64,000 nucleotides of DNA from the human T2T-CHM13v2.0 reference genome, Homo sapiens: NCBI RefSeq assembly GCF_009914755.1, contig NC_060930.1; one strand, written 5' to 3'. The notes beneath the pieces were generated by a model, which made no database searches, was not told where the DNA came from, and saw only the letters and a program-made list of their open reading frames with translations. Within the stretch, counting starts at the first letter, position 1; each line of letters opens with the position of its first letter. The translations under genes and the position numbers were made by a program. Positions 59,790 to 64,000 of the stretch are shown here, one piece after another.

Positions 59790-60470
59790 GTTTATTAATT
59801 TTCTATTGCTGCTAGATCAAATTACTACAAACTTAGTAGCTTAAAACAACACCCATTTATTATCTCACAGTTCCATGGCACAGAAATCTAGGCACAATAT
59901 GGCTCAACTGGGTCCTCTGCTTAAAGCCTCACAAGGCTGTAATCAGATTGTCAGCTGAGCTGGGCTCTTAGCTAGAGGCTGTAAGGGGAAGTCCCTAGAT
60001 AAGAGTTCTTTCAGCCTCATTAGGTAGATTTCAGTTCCTTGCAGTTGTAGGACTGAGTTCCCCATTTCCTTGCTAGCTGTTAGCTGTGGGCTAGTCTTTG
60101 TTTCTAGAATTTGCCCACATTCCTTCTCATACTTTCTGTGTGGCCCTCTTCAGCATTAGTGGATGAATCTCATGCTTTCAGTCTCTCTGAATTCCCTTGT
60201 GGGCTTCTTCAGCATTGGTAGATGAATCTTATGCTTTCAATCTCTCTGAATTCCCTTTCTGCCATATCTTTCTTGCCCTAGCAAGAGTTCACTGCTTTTA
60301 AGATCTCATGTGGTTAGATTGGACCTATCCAGATATCCAGGGTAATCTTCCTATTTTAAAAATCTATAATTTTAATTATAGCTGTAAAGTCCCTTTTCCT
60401 ATATAATATATTCAAAGGTTGCAGGCATTTGGGTGTTGACATCTTTGATGGGCACATTGTGTCTACCACA
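59790..60470 (-). mobile_element. MaLR LTR (MLT1E/F-like) with internal tandem duplication
   Basis: tattaattttctattgctgct...caaacttagtagcttaaaacaacacccatttattatctcacag...gtctaccaca. Confidence 0.78.
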
Positions 60471-61052
60471 GGCTATAGAAAGAACAGAGAAATTTGTCCA
60501 AGATAAGATGATTAGGTTTTGTCTAGATAGGGGCCCTTGCTATGGGCCCTCAGTTTTTACCTTAATGTAACAGAACATGAGAGGAGCTTTGACACCCACC
60601 CCAAAAGAGTCAACTTCATTATGCTGGCAAAGGCATGGGTACAACCTGCTCTGTGATCTACCTTCTGAACCACACAAGCTTGTCCTGAACGAGGTTGGGG
60701 CTGAGTCTGTTGATAACAGACCCCCATTTTTGGGCAGAAAAAACAGATTCTGTATGATCTACAGTATTTAACATTGTGGCAAATAAATTATAAAGGAAAA
60801 ATGGAATCTCAAGTAGTTACAGTCTCTTGGTGTCTTTCAACATTGGTTTTATTTTGAAGTCATTTTCACCCAGCATTGCAAGTTTAGCAGACCTCAAAAC
60901 AGAATGCCAAAGTGATCTTAAAATTCAAAAATGAGTTTACTTTCTTTGTTAAAGTTCTCTTTTGATGCATATCCCCCATTCATGGAATGGAAGCATTATC
61001 TTGGGTGCAGCATTACACGTAGAGTTAAAATGTGGAAACAACCCAAACATCC

Positions 61053-63334
61053 TGATATGGTTTGGCTCTGTGTCACCACCCAAATCTCATCTTGAATTGT
61101 ACTCTCATAATTCCCATGTGTTGTGGGAGGAACCCAGTGGGAGATAATTTGAATCATGGGGGCAGTTTCCCTCATACTGTTCTCATGGTAGTGAATAACT
61201 CTCACAAGACCTGGTGGTTTTATCAGGGGTTTCCGCTTTTGCATCTTACTCATTTTCTCTTGCGGCCGCCATGTAAGAAGTGCCTTTCACCTCCTGCCAT
61301 GATTCTGAGGCCTCCCCAGCCATGTGGAACTGTAAGTCCAATTAAACCCCTTTTTTTCCCCAGTCTCAGGTACGTCTTTTATCAGCAGCGTGAAAATGGA
61401 CTAATACAGTAAATTGGTACCAGTAGAGCAGGTGTTGCTGCAAAGATACCGGGAAATGTGGAAGCAACTTTGGAACTTGGTAACAGGCAGAGATTGGAAC
61501 AGTTTGGAGGGCTCAGAAGAAGACAGGAAAATGGGAAAGTTTGGAACTTCCTTGAGACTTGTTGAATGGCTTTGACAAAAATACTGATAATGATATGGAC
61601 AATGAAATCTAGACTGAGGTGGTCTCAGGTGGAGATGAGGAACCTGTTGAGAACTGGAGCAAAGGTGACTCTTGTTATGATTTAGCAAAGAGACTGGCGG
61701 CATTTTGCCCCTGCCCTGGAGATTTGTGGAACTCTGAACTTGAGAGAGATGATTAAGGGTATCTGGTGGAAGAAATTTCTAAGCAGCAAAGCATTCAAGA
61801 GGTGACTCAAGTGTTGTTAAAGGCATTCAGTTTTAAAAGGGAAGCAGAGCATTAAAATTCAGAAAATTAGCAGCTTGACAATGCGATAGAAAAGAAAATC
61901 CTATTTTCTGAGGAGAAATTCAAGCTGGCTGTAGATATTTGCATAAGTAACAAGGAACTGAATGTTAATTTCCAAGACAATGGGGAAAATGTCTCCAGGG
62001 CATGTCAGAGACATTTGTGGCAGCCTCTTCTATCACAGACCTGGAGGTCTAGGAAGAAAAAATGGTAAAAATGGTTTTGTGGGCAAGGCCTAGGGTCCTT
62101 GTGCTGTGTGCAGTCTAAGGACTTGGTGCCCTGTTTCCTAGCCACTCCGGCCATGGCTGAAAGGGGCCAACATGAAGCTCAGGCCATGGCTTCAGAGGGT
62201 GAAAGCCTTAAGCCTTGGCAACTTCCATGTGATGTTGAGCATGTGGGTGCACAGAAGTCAAGAAATGGGGTTTGGGAACCTCTGTCTAGATTTCAGAAGA
62301 TGTATGGAAATGCCTGGATGCCCAGGCAGAAGTTTGCTGCAGGGGCGGGGCTCTCATGGAGAACCTCGGCTAGGGCAGTGCAGAAGGGAAATGTGGGGTT
62401 GGAGCCCCCTCACAGAGTCCCTACTGGGACACCGCCTAGTGGAGCTGTGAGAAGAGGACCACTGTCCTCCAGACCCCAGAATGGTAGATCGACTTACAGC
62501 TTGTACCAGGTGCCTGGAAAAGCTGCAGATACTCAACACCAGCCCATGAAAGCAGCCAGGATGGAGGCTGTACCCTGAAAGCCACAGGGCCAGAGCTGCC
62601 CAAGACCATGGGAAGCCACCTCTTGCATCAGCGTGACCTGGATGTGAGACCTGGAGTAAAAGGAGATCATTTTGGAGCTTTAAAATTTGACTGCCCCACT
62701 GGATTTTGGACTTCCATGGGCCCTGTAACCCCTTTGTTTTGGCCAATTTCTCCCATTTGGAATGGCTGTATTTACCCAATACCTGTACCCTCATTGTATC
62801 TAGGAAGTAACTAGCTTGCTTTTGATTTTACAGGCTCATAAGTGGAAGGGACTTGCCTTGTCTCAGATGAGACTTTTGAACTGTGGACTTTTGGGTTAAT
62901 GCTGAAATGATTTAAGACTTTGGGGTACTGTTGGGAATGCATGATTGGTTTTGAAATGTGAGGACATAAGATTTGGAGGAGCCAGGGGTGGGATGATATG
63001 GTTTGGCTCTGTGTCCCCACCCAAATTTCATCTTGAATTATACTCCCATAATTCCCATGTGTTATACGTGGGACCTGGTGGGAGATAATTTGAATCATGG
63101 GGGTGGTTTCCCCCATACTGTTCTCATGGTAGAGAATAAGTCTCATGAGATCTGATGGTTTCATCAGGGGGTTCCGCTTTTGCATCTTACTCATTTCTCT
63201 TGCTGCCACCCTGTAAGAAGTATTTTTAACCTACCGCCATGATTCTGAGGCCTCCCCAGCCATGTGGAACTATAAGTCCAATTAAACCTCTTTTTCTTGG
63301 CTTAATTTCTTGGGTATGTCTTTATCAGCAGTGA
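61053..63334 (+). mobile_element. THE1 (MaLR) element: 5' LTR 61053-61408, internal 61409-62993, 3' LTR 62994-63334 with clipped end
   Basis: Two similar LTRs starting tgatatggtttggctctgtgtc; internal starts gtaaattggtaccag; purine tract ggagccaggggtggga before the 3' LTR. Confidence 0.94.
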
Positions 63335-63590
63335 TTCTATTCCTATGAAATGTCTAGAACAGGAAAATCTATGAGACATAAAGTAATTAAGTGGCTGTTC
63401 AGGGGATACAGGAATAGGGGATAATAACTAAAGGGTTGGGAGGGTGTTTTTGAAATGCTAAAATATTCTGAAGTTTACTGTGGTTATGGTTGCACATACT
63501 TATGAATATACCTAAAAATGTTGAATTGTACATTTTAAGTAGATGAATTGTATCTAATTTGAACCATATCTCAGTAAAGATATAAAAATG
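63335..63590 (+). mobile_element. Old L1M 3' end
   Basis: atgaaatgtctagaacaggaaaatcta...ggttgcacatact...gaattgtacattttaag. Confidence 0.75.
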
Positions 63591-63695
63591 TTTTTGGGTA
63601 CTAAGACTAAACTAGAAAGAACATAAGAGGAAATACATATTATATAAGAAGAAAAGAGTAAAAATAAATCTTTAAAAAAATAAAAATAAAAAGGA

Positions 63696-63999
<304 letters not shown>

Positions 64000-64000
64000 G

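Noticed and set aside
62099-63209. Longest ORFs in the window (159, 146 and 132 aa)
   Set aside because: They lie within THE1 internal/LTR sequence, where such open frames are typical; no independent evidence of coding

Overview
Primate (almost certainly human) genomic DNA covering the 3' part of CYB5R4 (NCB5OR, NADH cytochrome b5 oxidoreductase) on the + strand. Thirteen coding exons (numbered 4-16 from recalled gene structure) can be read directly. All are AG/GT-flanked and join in frame into 1236 nt, or 411 aa plus stop, running from the end of the cytochrome b5 domain through the CS domain to the FAD/NADH reductase domain. The stop is at 57163-57165, followed by a 3' UTR with AATAAA signals. 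The introns and 3' flank are filled with transposable elements: old and primate L1s including a near full-length L1PA, many Alus, MaLR LTRs, a full THE1 element, MER4 and MER21 LTRs, Tigger1, Charlie1, MER20, L2, MIR and CR1. Almost all ORFs in the supplied track are repeat-derived or exon run-ons. I found no evidence of a new multi-gene system. The most interesting unexplained structures are five scars of apparent templated or RNA-captured insertion or rearrangement. (1) A tail-less inverted copy of a neighbouring L1 3' end shares apparently private mutations with it. (2) A U2 snRNA 5' fragment lies 135 nt upstream of exon 6. (3) A 60-bp local copy and a palindrome sit in the same old L1 as the U2 fragment. 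(4) An L1-L1 chimera lies inside one TSD. (5) Tigger1 carries an inversion-deletion. There is also a candidate in-frame 30-nt micro-exon. Repeat family names and consensus comparisons are from memory, not from a search.
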